Assembly: GCA_028534125.1 (NCBI GenBank)
Contig: CM052817.1
Coordinates: forward strand, 107,944,001 to 108,008,000
Source of the DNA: Lama glama
Taxonomy: Eukaryota
Length of the DNA stretch: 64,000 nt
Reading direction: 5' to 3'
The position numbers and the translations under genes are program-made. Position 1 is the stretch's first letter, and each line of letters starts with the position of its first letter. Of the stretch, positions 39,050 to 52,005 are shown piece after piece. The notes beneath the pieces are model-generated. The model was not told the origin of the DNA. It made no database searches and saw only the letters and a program-made list of their open reading frames with translations.

Positions 39050-39370
39050 TCTTTTTTTAAATTAACATGTATGTGATTTACAATGTTGTGTTAGTTTCTG
39101 GTGTATAGCATAGTGATTCTGTTTTATGTATATATATTCCTTTCCATATTCTTTTTCATTATAGGCAGTTACAAGGTGCTGAATATAGTTCCCTGTGCTC
39201 TACAGTAGGACCCTGTTGTTTATCTATCCCATATATAGTATTTTGTATCTGCTAATCTCAAGTTCACCATTTATCCCTCTCCCCTTTTCCCCTTTGGTAA
39301 CCATAAATTTGTTTTCTATGTCTGTGAGTCTGTCCCTGTTGTGTAAAGAAGTTCATTTGTATGTTTTCTT
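39050..39370 (-). mobile_element. L1 3' end
   Basis: Same 3'UTR family as the other L1 ends, with poly-T at the left. Confidence 0.9.
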
Positions 39371-40467
39371 TAATCTTTTTGTTTGTATTTGTTATAACTC
39401 TGTCCTTTCAGTCTTCGAGTTTTATAAGGATGATCTTGCGTTTTTCAAACTGTCTCAATTTCATTGAGTGAGAATTTTTTAAATTGTTTTGTCTATTATT
39501 AAAAGCATGGTTTTGTTTAAATTCTCTCCCATAGAGTAAGAAGCCAGCATATTTCTGTGGCTGGTGTGAAACTAAAAAGTAAATGAAACTCAAGGGAAAG
39601 AGGAAAACTCAGGGTTAGCTGCTTCATGTTAGAAACTTCACTTTCAGACTCTCCACCCAAAATTAGTGGCCAAATCATAGAGATATTTTGCTTTATATCA
39701 GTGAGCATAATTGTCCTTAAATTGTCAAAAAATCTCTTCTTTTGTAAAAACTTCTGGCACAATGTTGTAGCCCAATCTACAAGTATCAAGCTCATTCTCA
39801 GTGGAGCTTTGAGTCCTCAAACTGGATGAGAGACGTGTCAGGTTGATTGACTGTAACTGATCAAACCACTTTGTTTAGGTTACTTTTAATGCAATTATCT
39901 TTGCAATTGTAATTAGCATGGACAAGGCCAGAGGAAGACAGAAATTGTTTCTGAATTTTCCTTTATCACAAATGGTCATGTAAGATTGTTTAGTAGTTCG
40001 TTATGTCAGGATGGTGTAAAAATTAGTTTTTGATGATAATAAAAGTGGAGCAGAACTTCTAAGTGCTAGTGAAATGGAGACTTAGTGATAAGTAATAATT
40101 TATCTTGTAATACTTCATAAGCATGAGCTAGATTAATGGAAGCACTTTAGTAAATAGTCTAGAATAATAAACGATGATGTAAATTTTCCTATTCCAGTCA
40201 AAGATGGAGTCTTTGGTGTTTCTCAGTTTATCTTTTGCTTCTGTGCTTTTGTGATTTTCTCATACCTCATCTCAACAACATGACTGGTTCCCTTCTTTCA
40301 CTTTCCCATCCTTCTGAATTTTTTTTTTCACTATCTATAAAATCTCTTAGAATGCCTAGACTTTGTAAAAGGATTTCCTCTTTCTGAGTGTATTGTGCTC
40401 AGGGATATTTTTGCTATTCCAGATTCTTATATAACCTACACAAAAGGCCAAATAGGGATTGCAATAT

Positions 40468-41209
40468 TGTTGCTGAAACACAACCTCTGTACCCCGTTTG
40501 CCAAATTGAGACATAAGGACCGAGTTTTGGATGAAATAGAAAAAGCATCTTTATTTCTTTGCAGGCAAAGGAGGTCCCAGTGGGCTAATGCCTCTAAGAC
40601 TGTGAGCCTGCTGGGGAGAGAGGGCAAGAGGTTTTATGTAAAAGTTCAAGAGGTGAAGGGTGGAGCTTATTTCCATAAAGATCACATACAGGGTAACATA
40701 TTGATGCAAAGTTGTTCTTGTTTTTTGCAGATGCAGTGGTCCTCTTCCCTCTGCTGGGTGTGAAGCTCACCTCTGGCTCTGGGACTCTTTAAATATTCTT
40801 GTACCTGGATCAAAGGTTGCATAGGAAGAGGCTCAATGGAAAAGAGCTCTAGAGAGAAACTTGTACAGTTTAAAGTCAGGTGGATAAATGCTTTTAGATT
40901 TTTGAGCAGGCTGAGGCCTGAGACCTCCTGCTGCAGGCTGAGGGCTGCAGCTCAAACAACAGGACAGAAGGAAACCACAAGGGGTCAAGAGGAGGGCACT
41001 GCAGACTGGAGCAGAGCACTGGGGTCAGGAGCAGGGCACTGAGCATGACCCCTGCACACAGCACCACAAGGGGGCTGGGTGGGCCACCCAGGCCTCCCTC
41101 CTCTCCAGCCTGAACCTGATCAGCAAGAGCATGAGACAAACCCTTTAAACCATTACACAGTTAGGCAGTTACAGACACCATTACAGACACCAGATGGTCA
41201 CTGGTGACA
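40468..41209 (-). mobile_element. ERV1-type solo LTR (about 740 bp)
   Basis: TGTTG...TGACA termini, antisense polyA signal TTTATT near 40550, near-TSD ATAT / ATAG. Confidence 0.7.
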
Positions 41210-41489
41210 ATAGGGCCCTGCTGGGTTATAATATCAGCTCCACTAATAGGACGGATTTGTGAATGCAGGTTGAACCTAGTGAGGGGCTTTCTACTCATCC
41301 TTCGCTGAACTGGACTTGTCCATCCAGTTGTGGGTACCACTGATGGGACCTCGGTCTCTTTGTCACTTGGGGGCCAGGATCAGAGGAGAGCACTAGCCTT
41401 TATCAGAGCACAACAAGCAGCAATCCAAGGAACCAGGCACACCTGTGCTTTCCTCCCAGTCTCCCCCTCCCCCAGCCGTACACTTTGGC

Positions 41490-42150
41490 CACAAAAACAT
41501 ACAGAGCATCTTCCATGTGTCTGGCACTGTTGCATGCACAGGGGATACAGCAGTGAACTAGACAGGCTAGGACCCTGCTCTCATAACTTTTACAGCATAG
41601 TATGAATCATACATAAATAATTGTAGAAGTCATCAGAAAGATGGCCAGAAGAGAGCTATAAAAAGTTAATTACAATGATGAGGTAGCCTGATCCGAGGAG
41701 TGATCTAGACCAGGTGGTCATGGCAGACTTTCCTGAAGACACGGTATTTCAGCTAAAGTCTCAAGGACACCATGGAGCCTGCCATGCAGAGATAAGAGAA
41801 AAAGATCTTCAAAGTTATGGAGAAGCTGGTTCAAAAACCCTCACGTAGGAGCAACAGTATATATCAGTGTTACTGATAGATGAGTTCTGGTTTGGGAGGC
41901 AAGATTTAATAGACTAGGATAAAGGTTCTGGGGTTTTCTTTATATGTGTGAGAGGAAGATGTGAGAGAGTTTTTATTAGGGGGCTAACCTCATATTATTA
42001 TTTATATACTAAAAGAATGATCATTCAGACTACCTTGGGAGGAATAAATTTTAGGGGTCTGCAGTAAACAGGGACATAAATTAGGTGCTATTGCAATATT
42101 CCGGAGTAAGTGTGATTGTGACAGGTCTATAGTGATGTAGGAAATGGAGA
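41490..42150. mobile_element. L2 fragment
   Basis: CAGAGCATCTTCCATGTGTCTGGCACTGTT..GGGATACAGCAGTGAAC..CCCTGCTCTCAT, typical L2 motifs. Confidence 0.65.
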
Positions 42151-43229
42151 GAATTTTCTCCTTATCCCAAAACAAAAAGCTAGAGGATGGAGAAAAGTTT
42201 CCCCCTGATGCTCTCTAAAAGGATGGGCACTTTGTTTCTGTTTAATAAAATTAATAAATTATTGCTAGTCAATTGATACACAGTGGCAGAAAATAATATG
42301 AAAAGTCCAGAAGTGGGTTTTATAGTAAATGAAAAATCCAGAACAAACTATGAACAAGATAGTGAGATAAATTTCCATTCGGGTGTTAGAAATTTTGAAG
42401 GATTTCTAAAATATGGGAAAAGTGGGATAAGATTGAAGAAGAACCCAGAGCAGAAAAATTCAGTCAAGGATGCTTGAAACATAAATCCAGTGCTGAAGTA
42501 AGAAATTTTCCACTACAGAATCTCAGGGGAATGTCAAGTACAAAGAAAAAAAATTCAGGATAAGGGCGGAGTCATTGGGGGGCAGTTCACAGAGCAACTA
42601 ACTGGAAGACTATATTCTGAATAGCTGAGTTCAAAGTAGCATTTTTTTTAAATGGTATAAGAGGTATACCAGGGACAGTCTTCAAGGCTACAGGCCTAAG
42701 AATAACTTTATAACTAAAATGATTGCTCAGGTGGAACTCCAGCCACACAGGTGGTGCACGCAGAGGATGCCGCCAGAGCCTGGGGTGGTAAGAAATCTTT
42801 ACAAAAGGAAAATAAGTAAATATCAGGAGTAGTTGGTTCTGTCCGTTGGCCCCAAACCAAATCTTCTGTGAGTCCAAATTTGAAGGAGTTCCGCCCAGGA
42901 GACAGCCAAGGTAGGTGATGTGTCTTGGGAAATAAAGGTAAGCTTAAGATTGTATATTCACCAGGTGGGTGGTGTACACACCCAAACAGCAAGTTCTCTG
43001 CACACCCTCCCCAGCAGAATGCTGGTCTATAATGACATCCCCCTGCAAGCACCCTCACATATTCACCCAAGATGGGTAGGGTTTAAAAAACAGGATCTTC
43101 TTTTATGTACGAGAGAACAGGCATTCTCACTTGAATTTAACTCTTTCATCTTTTCTCAATTTTTGGTAAGCTGAGAATTACCAAAGATTTGAAAAAAAAA
43201 TCATCATGGAAAAGGAGGTACTTCCATTA

Positions 43230-44830
43230 CAAAAGTTATGTTGGTAATATTTTTGTTATTTGTTTGTAAAAACTCTTGCTATATCAATGGTATTAAGCAA
43301 ACATTGGCCTTAAGAATGGTAAATACTTTCCTCATACACTTATATTTTGACCTTGTGATGTATACTATGTCTTTATGCTTATGTACACATAAGTTTCCCT
43401 TTTTCATTTGTGGTTTATGGATACAGCATCATCTTCAGAAAGACTTTTCATAAATAATACAAAATTATTGTATTTCCATATTGTGTGACCTCTTTCATTT
43501 TAATCCATAGAGAATTAATTTTCTTTTGTTTTTTTGTGATATAGGGATCATCTTGCTATCTTGAAAAGATTAGCATATTAGTGCAATGAAATTTTTCCCT
43601 TAATTTCTTTCTTGGTCACCAATTTGAAGTATTACATTTAACATAAATTAAACTCTGTTTCCTGAATCTACATTTTGTTCTATTCATTTATCCTTCAAAC
43701 ACTCTTTTAGAAGCATTTTGATATCTGAATAATTATTTATATTAGAATTTCATTAGTCTATATTAATAAGCTGTCATTTGTGTTACTGTTTTGTTTTTTG
43801 TTGTTCTTTGATTTCCTGGATTTACTGTGTAGACAAACATGTTATTTGCATAAAATAATGTTATCTCTCTAATTCCATCTCTTATTTTGTTAACATGATT
43901 CACAAAATGTTTGATAATGTATACTTCAAAGATGTAGCTTTTTCCCTTAATATTAATGTTTCTATAATTTTAACAGTAGATATGATATGTTGTCTGTTTT
44001 ATATAAAGAATTCACAGCAACATGGATCTCCCTAGAGAATGTCATTCTAAGTGAAGTGAGCCAGAAAGGGAAAGAAAAATACCATATGTGATCACACGTA
44101 TGTGGAATCTAAAAAAAAAAAAAAAAGAACATAAATACAAAACAGAAACAGACTCATAGACATAGAATACAAACTTGAGGTTGCTAAGGGGGAGGGGAGT
44201 GGGATGGGACAGACTGGGAGTTCATAATTTGTAGATACTGACAGGCATATGTAGAATAGATAAACAAGATTATATGGTATAGCACAGGAAAATATATACA
44301 AGATCTTGTGGTAGTTCACAGCGAAGAAGAGTGTAACAATGAATATATGTATGTTCATATATAACTGAAAAATTGTGTTCTACACTGGAAATTGACACAA
44401 CATTGTAAACTGACTATAACTCAATAAAAAAAAGTTATAAAAAAAGAAAAATTTTTCTATTAGTTCATTGAGAGTTGTGTTTTATTTGTTTATTTTTTGA
44501 GCAGTAAGTTTTTGCTTCATCATTTGTGGATGTTGAATTTTATCATAAGATATTTTAGATTCTATTGAAGCAATCATATATTTTTTTCTCTTTAACTTTA
44601 ATTATTTTGATAAATTACATAAATGGATTTCCTAATATGAGATTATTCTTGCATGCTAAACTAAACCCAATTTGGTTATGGTATATTAGTTTTTAATAAC
44701 ACAGATGGATTCCATTTGCTAATATTTTATTTAGGATTTATGTATCTACAACAAAAGCTGATCTACAGTGCTGTTCCATAGATATATTCCTTGGAACATT
44801 GGTTTTCCATCATAGCTATTAAATTTTAAA
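43230..44830 (-). mobile_element. Decayed ancient L1 ORF2, interrupted by a young L1
   Basis: Antisense ORF2 motifs, e.g. GGATTCCATTTGCTAATATTTTATTTAGGATTTATGTATC. Confidence 0.65.
44013..44445 (+). mobile_element. Young L1 3' end
   Basis: CAGCAACATGGAT through the 3'UTR to AATAAA and polyA. Confidence 0.92.
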
Positions 44831-44984
44831 AAGTTATCTTTTTTCATTTAGTTTAGGAAATTCTAAGATACGAAAGAACAAGTGGTATATTACACCTGTT
44901 TAATTAGGGCAAGGCAGTAAGGTAAAGAAATCTGAGGATTCTTCATGTCAAACACCTCAAACAGTTGAACAAAATAAAACCGTA

Positions 44985-45865
44985 AGACCACAATGAGATA
45001 TTAGCTCACACCTGTCAGAATGGCAATTGTAGAAAATAACTCAAATAGCAAATATTGGTGAGGATATGGAGAAAAGAGAACCCTTGTACACTGTTGATGG
45101 GAATGTAAATTGGTGCAGCCATTGTGGAAGACAGTATGGGGGTTTCTTGAAAAACTGAAAATAGAACCACCATATCACTCAGCAATTCCAATCCAATGTA
45201 TATATCTGAAAAAAAAAATCACTAACTCAAAAAGATACATGCACTTCAATGTTCATAGCAGCATTATTTACAACTGTCAAGACATGGAAGCAACCTAAAT
45301 GTCCATCCATCAACAAATGAATGGATAAAGAAGATGTGGTGTGTGTGTGTGTGTGTGTGTATATACACACAGTGGAATACTGCTCAGCTGTAAAAAATAA
45401 TGAAATTTGCCATTTGCAGCAACATGGATGGACTTAGAGGGTATTATGCTAAGTGAAATTAAGTCAGACAGAGAGAGAAAATTACTGTATGATATCACTT
45501 ATATGTAGAATCTAAAACATACAACAGATTAGTGAGTATAACAAAAAAGAAGTAAAGTCACAGATACAGAGGACAAACTAGTCGTTACTAGTGGGGAGAA
45601 GGAAGGGGGAGGGGCAATATAGGATTTACGGGATTAAGAGGTACAAACTATTATGTATAAAATAAGCTACAAGGATATATAGTACAATACAGGGAATATA
45701 ATCCAATGTTTTATAATAATTGTAATGGACTATAACTTATAAAAGTTGTGAGTCACTATTTGGTACCCTTGTAACTTTTTTGTAACTTTTGTAATGGTGT
45801 ACATCAACTATACTTCAATTTAAAAAGATAGAAAAATAAATAAACAAACAAACAAATAGATAAGT
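44985..45865 (+). mobile_element. L1 3' portion (L1MA-like) with internal (TG)n
   Basis: ORF2 C-terminal remnants (VQPLWKTVW), 3'UTR and A-rich tail. Imperfect TSD AAATAAAACCGTA / AAATAAAATCGCA. Confidence 0.9.
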
Positions 45866-46460
45866 AAATAAAATCGCATGAGTAGGCAAACCAGAGGACT
45901 AGAATAGAAAGTCCAGAGAACGTACAGAAGCTTGATTTATGATAAAGTGGATATCTCAGATCACTAGGACAATGATAGACATTTTTAATACATTGTGCTG
46001 GAACAAGTGGATATTCACTTAGAGAAATGGATGAAATTAGACTTACACTTCACATCATCAAAAATAATTAATCCAGATGGATGAGAGAACTGAGTATAAA
46101 AATAAAATAAATTATACAAGTACCATAAGAAAGCAATGATGACTTCTTTGGAAAGATGATCTAACTGTAACTTAAAATCCAGATTAAATATAAGAAAAAA
46201 TGAATATATTTAACTTTGTAAAAATACAAAATCAGTGCAATGTGAACAAACAAACATAAGCCAAAAAAACATTGCAAAGTCAGAAGATAGTGCAGAATGA
46301 GAGAAAATATTTCAACATATATCATAGCTTAAAGCTACTATTGAGGGAGAAATACAGCCCAATAAAGTTGGGAAAAAATAATTCACAAAATAAAATATGA
46401 AAATGGCTCTTAAACATATCAAATGTAACCAATGCAAATAACTAAAATAAAATGCACTGA

Positions 46461-47107
46461 TTCTTTCAGATTACACTAATATGTGAGATATTGTAGTATT
46501 TGTTCTTCTGAGTCCAACTATTTCAATTAATATAATGTCCTCCAGGCTCACTAAGATTGTTGCAAATGGCAGAATTTCTTTCCATTTTAAGTCTAAATAA
46601 TGTATCTACCTATCCATCCATCCATGGACATTTAGATTGTTTCCATAGCTTGGCTGTTGTGCTGCAATGAAATCATCAAACTCATAGGAGCAGAGAATAG
46701 AACGGTGGTTGCCAGGGGCTGGGTTGAGGAGGAAGAGGGTGATGTTGGTCAAAGAAATGCAAGGTTTTAGTTATGTGAGGTGAGTTCTTGAGATCTCAAG
46801 TACAGCATGGTTTACTGTCTACTTGAAATTTGCAAAGAGGATAGATCTTAAGTGTTTCCACTGAAAAGAAAAAAGAAAAAGGATGAAAAGAAGAGAAGAG
46901 AGGAGGAAAGAAAAGGAAAGGAAAAAATAGAAAAGATAGGAGAGGGAAGAGAGAGAAGAAAAGGAAAATGGTAACAATGTGGAGGTGATGGGTATGTTAA
47001 TCAGTTAGATGTGGAGATTATTTCACAATGTACACATCAGAACACGGAGCTGTACACCTTAAACATGTCCACTGTTTATATATTAATTATACTTAAATAA
47101 AGCTGTT
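46461..47107 (+). mobile_element. Older L1MA-type element with 5' inversion, nested in an ancient L1 (about 45880-47835)
   Basis: 46461-46670 antisense and 46671-47107 sense. TSD AATAAAATGCACTGA (46446-46460) / AATAAAACTCACTGA (47108-47122). Confidence 0.8.
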
Positions 47108-48098
47108 AATAAAACTCACTGAAATATAATGCTCATCTATTAGATTGGGAAACATTTTAAAGGTTGACAATATATCCTGCTAATGTGGCTTCAGGGATCT
47201 CTAATATGTTGCTGATGGGAATGCAAATTGGTGCAACTTTCTGGGGTGATGTAGACTAATTCTGAAATTGCTGTCTGTGTATTTCAGCACTAAGCAAATA
47301 AGCCAGTGCTTTGAGGCTAATGGGAGCCCGTTTTTTTTTTTCCTGTTGGAAACGGTTTACAAATATGGAAAGAAAGTTTACAATGAACCCTTGGTTGTTC
47401 AATTAGTATTGGAGATTTCAACAAGATAAATATTATGTTAAAAGAAAAACAAAGAAGGAAAAAGAAAGATAAAAAAGCAGAAAAGAGACTTAAGAAACCT
47501 GGAAACTAAATATAATTCACGTTCCTGCACTGGGCTCTAGAATATAAAAAAAAAATTATAAAGCATGTTATTGGAAAAAATTTTGAGCATAAAATAAGAA
47601 CTATATTTAGGAAATAATACTGTATCAGTGTTAATATACTGATTTTGATCACTTCATTGTAGTTAAATAAGATAATGCCCTTTTTCTTAGAAAATACACA
47701 TTGAAGTGTTAAGGGTCAAAAACAACTTACTCTCAAATGGGCAAAAAGATAGAGGAAGTGATTGAGCAAATTGCCAAAATATTAACAGTTCGGGAATCTG
47801 GTCTATCCTAACAATTTTTCTGTAAGCTAGAAATTATTTCAGATAAGATAGATGTAGTTTTTTTTATTTGCATGGATTAAATCTCTAAATACATTGGTAT
47901 AAATCCTTTAGAAAAAAGATAGAAGATTAAAATATCAGGATAGAATAAGATTTTGTAAATAAGTAATAAAAATACAAAGGAAATAGTGATGAACTTATTT
48001 ATAACAAAACTTAAATTTCCCACCAAAAAAAACAGAAAAGTAAATGATAAGCCACAAAGATTTAAAAGATGTTAATATAGCTAATGTTTGCTTCATAT

Positions 48099-48617
48099 TG
48101 TTACCAAGTTCAAAGTTACTCTGCTTGCCACAGGACAGGACAATAAATCTGGAGATGAGGTGTTGGGGCAAGGAATAGTGACTTTATTCAGAAAGCCAGC
48201 AGACTGAGAAGATGGAGTGCTAATGTTCCAGAGAACCATCTTCCCCAAGTCAGAATTCAGGATTTTTTAATACTAAAAGGGGAGGGTGTGTGGTCAGTTG
48301 TTGCAAACTTCCTGATGTTGGAATCCTTTGTTCTTGCAGCTGTCCAGGTAGGGCAGGTCATGCTATCCCTGGAAACCTTCAACAAAGCAAATATTATTTT
48401 CTATTCTGCAACTTTTAATCTCTATATAAATGGAAAAGTGTCAACCCTTAAAGGTCAGAGCCTTGAGGATGGGCTCTCCTGTCTATTTCAGGCTCTCGGT
48501 AACATCCTTTTACAAAAGGTGCAGAACCAGTGGTGACTGAGCCCAGGAAACAGAGCACAGGGTTAGAGACAAAGGAACAGATCTAATATGGAGTCAGATT
48601 TGTTCTTCCCTAGTACA
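48099..48617 (-). mobile_element. ERV1-type solo LTR (copy 1)
   Basis: TGTTACC...TAGTACA termini and antisense polyA signal TTTATT near 48183. Colinear with 61645-62167. Confidence 0.85.
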
Positions 48618-48879
48618 TTGCGTCTCTCTTTTAGATTTAAGAAAAAAAAGTAACAATACAGGAATTAGCAAAACATCTTCCCAATCCCTAAATAACTGCT
48701 ACCCTGAAGTTGATATAAATGAATTCCCTATGTCTTTGTATGTTAATCATATATGTACTTATGCACAGAAGTGGACAGAGTATTATTTTTATCATTAATA
48801 TTTGTATTAATGATATAATATTATATGCCATTTATATAATGGCAACATACTGATTCTATCATTTTGCTGTAACTATAGA

Positions 48880-49810
48880 TGACTGAGGATTAGTATCCAG
48901 AATATAAAAACTCCCTTAACTGAAAAATAGATAGATAAGCCACCCAATTTAAAAAACAAAGGATGTAAGCAAGCAATCCACCAGATAAACAAAAAGAGTA
49001 AAAATGGATGCTCAATCTCACTAGTAAGCAAATTAATTAAAACTGCAATAAGACAGCACCTCTCAAACCTCAGATGGGCAGAAATAAATGTCTGGGTTCA
49101 CCAAGCACTGGAATAGATGTGAGGAAGGAGAAATGTTTGCATGTAGCTGGTGAGAGTGCAAAGTGGAACACATATTTTGGAGAGCATTTAAAAGATACAT
49201 AACAGATTCAATATGTGCATATCTTAGTGGTATTATTTTAAAATTTCTACCTTTGAAACACTCATTTCTGTGTGTAAGACACAAGTCTTTTTATTTTATC
49301 ACAGATTATAACATTGGAAAAATAGAATAAATGTAACTATCACTTAGTAAACAAATGGATAAACTGTATTTTTTCATACTTGGACTACTCTACTGCAGTT
49401 AAAACAAAAGAATATTTACCTGTATCAACATGAATGAATCTTAAAAACACAATATTGAATTCTAAGAACAATTTGCCCAAGGATAAAAACTCTAATTTGT
49501 CATTAATATAAAATGTAATGGTGAAAAACAATAGTATGTACATTTCTGGGCATACCTATATATGCAATAAGTATATAAAAACATAAGATTTATTTAGACA
49601 CCAATTCCAGGATAGTGTTTACACACAAGTTGATAGATTATGCTGGTATTGTATTGTTACGATGTTATGCTCTCAAAATTGACAAAAAAGAAAATGGTGT
49701 AAAGCAAACATTAAAAAATATGAACATCTTTTAAATTTCTCTAGCAAGTACAAAGGGTCGGGCATGTACATTTTTGTACTTTTCTGTGTGCTTGACATAC
49801 TCCATTATTA
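48880..49810 (+). mobile_element. Ancient L1ME-like 3' portion
   Basis: GGATTAGTATCCAGAATATAAAA, GATGCTCAATCTCACTAGTAA, ATCAACATGAATGAATCTTAAAAAC. Confidence 0.7.
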
Positions 49811-50784
49811 AAACATACAAATTATGCATTTTAGTGTTTTCCTCAAATCTTTAGGAAATATAAAGATATATTATTTTAGATATATATTATTAAGGCCACA
49901 TTATTATGAAATTCTTTGAAAATTGGTTCTTATTTAACTGCTATCTAAAACTGACCTACATGTAATACCATAAATCTAAAATACAAGTCTAAAATACAAT
50001 ACAATTTCTTTGTCTCCCAGGAAACTTTTTTTTTTTAATCACATCTTGACGGGAGATTTTGAAAGTGTCCTCTCTTCAGGCTGAGATGTTAAAGTTCACA
50101 TTGGTGTGGGAATCCCCAATGTGACAGAACTTTCTGAGCCCAAATCTGTGATGAGAGGTGTGAGAACAGAAGTTATGGCTTGATTGTTGGAAGTGTCAAT
50201 GTGAGAAAATGAAAAAGGTGATTACAGGAAGAGTTTGCAACTCTGAAGTGTCAAATACAATGTCATTTCAGAGAAAAATAGACTCCATAAAACTCATTTT
50301 TTCCACTACACTCAGAAAACTTTCCAAACACTGCTTTCTCTTACAAACCGTAGATCAAAATAAATTATTTCCGTTTTAACCTTTACTGGAAATGCAATGC
50401 AGTTCTCTTTGAAGGTGAGATTTAAAAGATTTTTTAAAAAACGGTGTCAGTTTCTCCTTTACTTTGGCAATTCAGATTTGTCTTTGAGGCTGGGGGCTAC
50501 CTTTACCAGGAGGTGGGGAGTGCTTATGGTTCAAACTATTTCAGTGAACCCCTTAAATGTAACTATAGTTCAGTTTTAGAAAATCTTAAGTGAAAAAATG
50601 CTAACAATGAGAAAAAGACACAAGAACTATGAAATCATCTTTTTTAGAATCTATCATAAACCTGAGGTTATGGCACAAGAATTCTGAATTCTGAATTCCA
50701 AGAAAGGACAGGCACCTCTGGGAGAGGAGGTCTGTGCAGACCAGCTCACTTGTGGCAAAGAACAGGAGCAAGAGACACCAGTCA

Positions 50785-51285
50785 CCATCAAATGATTAAG
50801 AAGCTGTGGTATATTTGTACAGTGGAATATTACTCAGCCATAAAAAAGAATACAATAATGCCATTTTCAGCAACATGGATGGACCTAGAGATAATCATAC
50901 TATGTGGAGTAACTCAAATAGAGAGACAAATATCATATACCTCTTATATGTGGAATCTAAAAAAAATGGCACAAATGAACTTATTTACAAAGCAGAGACA
51001 GATTCATAGACAGAAGACAAACTTATGGTTACCATGGGAAAAAGGATGGAAAGGGATAAATTGGGAGTTTGGGATTAGCAGATACACATTACTGTATGTA
51101 AAATAGATAAACAAGTTTCTACCATATAACACAGGGAACTATATTCAATATCTTGTAGCAATCTATAATGAAAAAGAATGTGAAAAGGAATATATGTATG
51201 TATATGGATGACTGAAACACTACCATATACACCAGAAATTGATGCAACATTATAAACTGACTATGCTTCAATAGAAGAAAAAAAA
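50785..51285 (+). mobile_element. L1 3' end
   Basis: ORF2 end (IKKLWYICTVEYYSAIKK, PFSATWMDLE), 3'UTR and A tail. Confidence 0.92.
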
Positions 51286-51414
51286 GCGTAAAGGAGCTGA
51301 AATTGAATGTCTTGCTAAAAATCATGATGGTGGAGAACCAGTCAGACCCAGGGTAGCTACTTTTTTTTCAAGCAAATTAGATTTCAGAAGATTAGAAGGA
51401 CATAATGGCAGGTT

Positions 51415-52005
51415 TAAATTCAGCAAGAGGCCATAACAATCCTAAATGTGTATGTCCCTGAACAACAGAGCTTCAAAATACACAAAGCAAAAACCGACAG
51501 AGCTGGGATGAAAATAAAGCTCAATGAAAGACGCTCATTATCATTAATGATTAGAGAAATGCAAACTAAAACCACAGTGAGAAACCCAACCAAACCAAAC
51601 AAAACAATCCCATAGGCTAATAAGTATGTTCATAGAAGCTTTACCCCTAAGTGCCCCAAACAGGAAACTACTCAAAGATCCACCATTTGTAGACAAAGTG
51701 GTTATAGAATATCCATTGAATGGAATGCTAGTGAGCAGTAAAAAAGACTGTAAAAGGATATATTTAAGAACATGGATGACTCTGTTATGCTAAGTGAAAC
51801 ATTCCAGACGCAGAAGCTATTCACTGTATGACCTTCATTTATTCATATTCTGGGAAAGGCAAGCTTTTTGGAAAGTTTGACCGTTGTTCCCAAGGGCTGG
51901 AGGTGGGAAGGTTGGATTTATCATAAAAGGGCCCAGGGGAACTTTGTAGAGGGTGAGTGAACTGTTCTCTTGATTATGGTGGTGGTTATAGGTTGCATGA
52001 CTGCT
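51415..52005 (+). mobile_element. Old L1 fragments with internal deletions
   Basis: Endonuclease-region motif ACAATCCTAAATGTGTATG..AACAACAGAGCTTCAAAATAC followed closely by C-terminal ORF2 and 3'UTR motifs. Confidence 0.65.
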
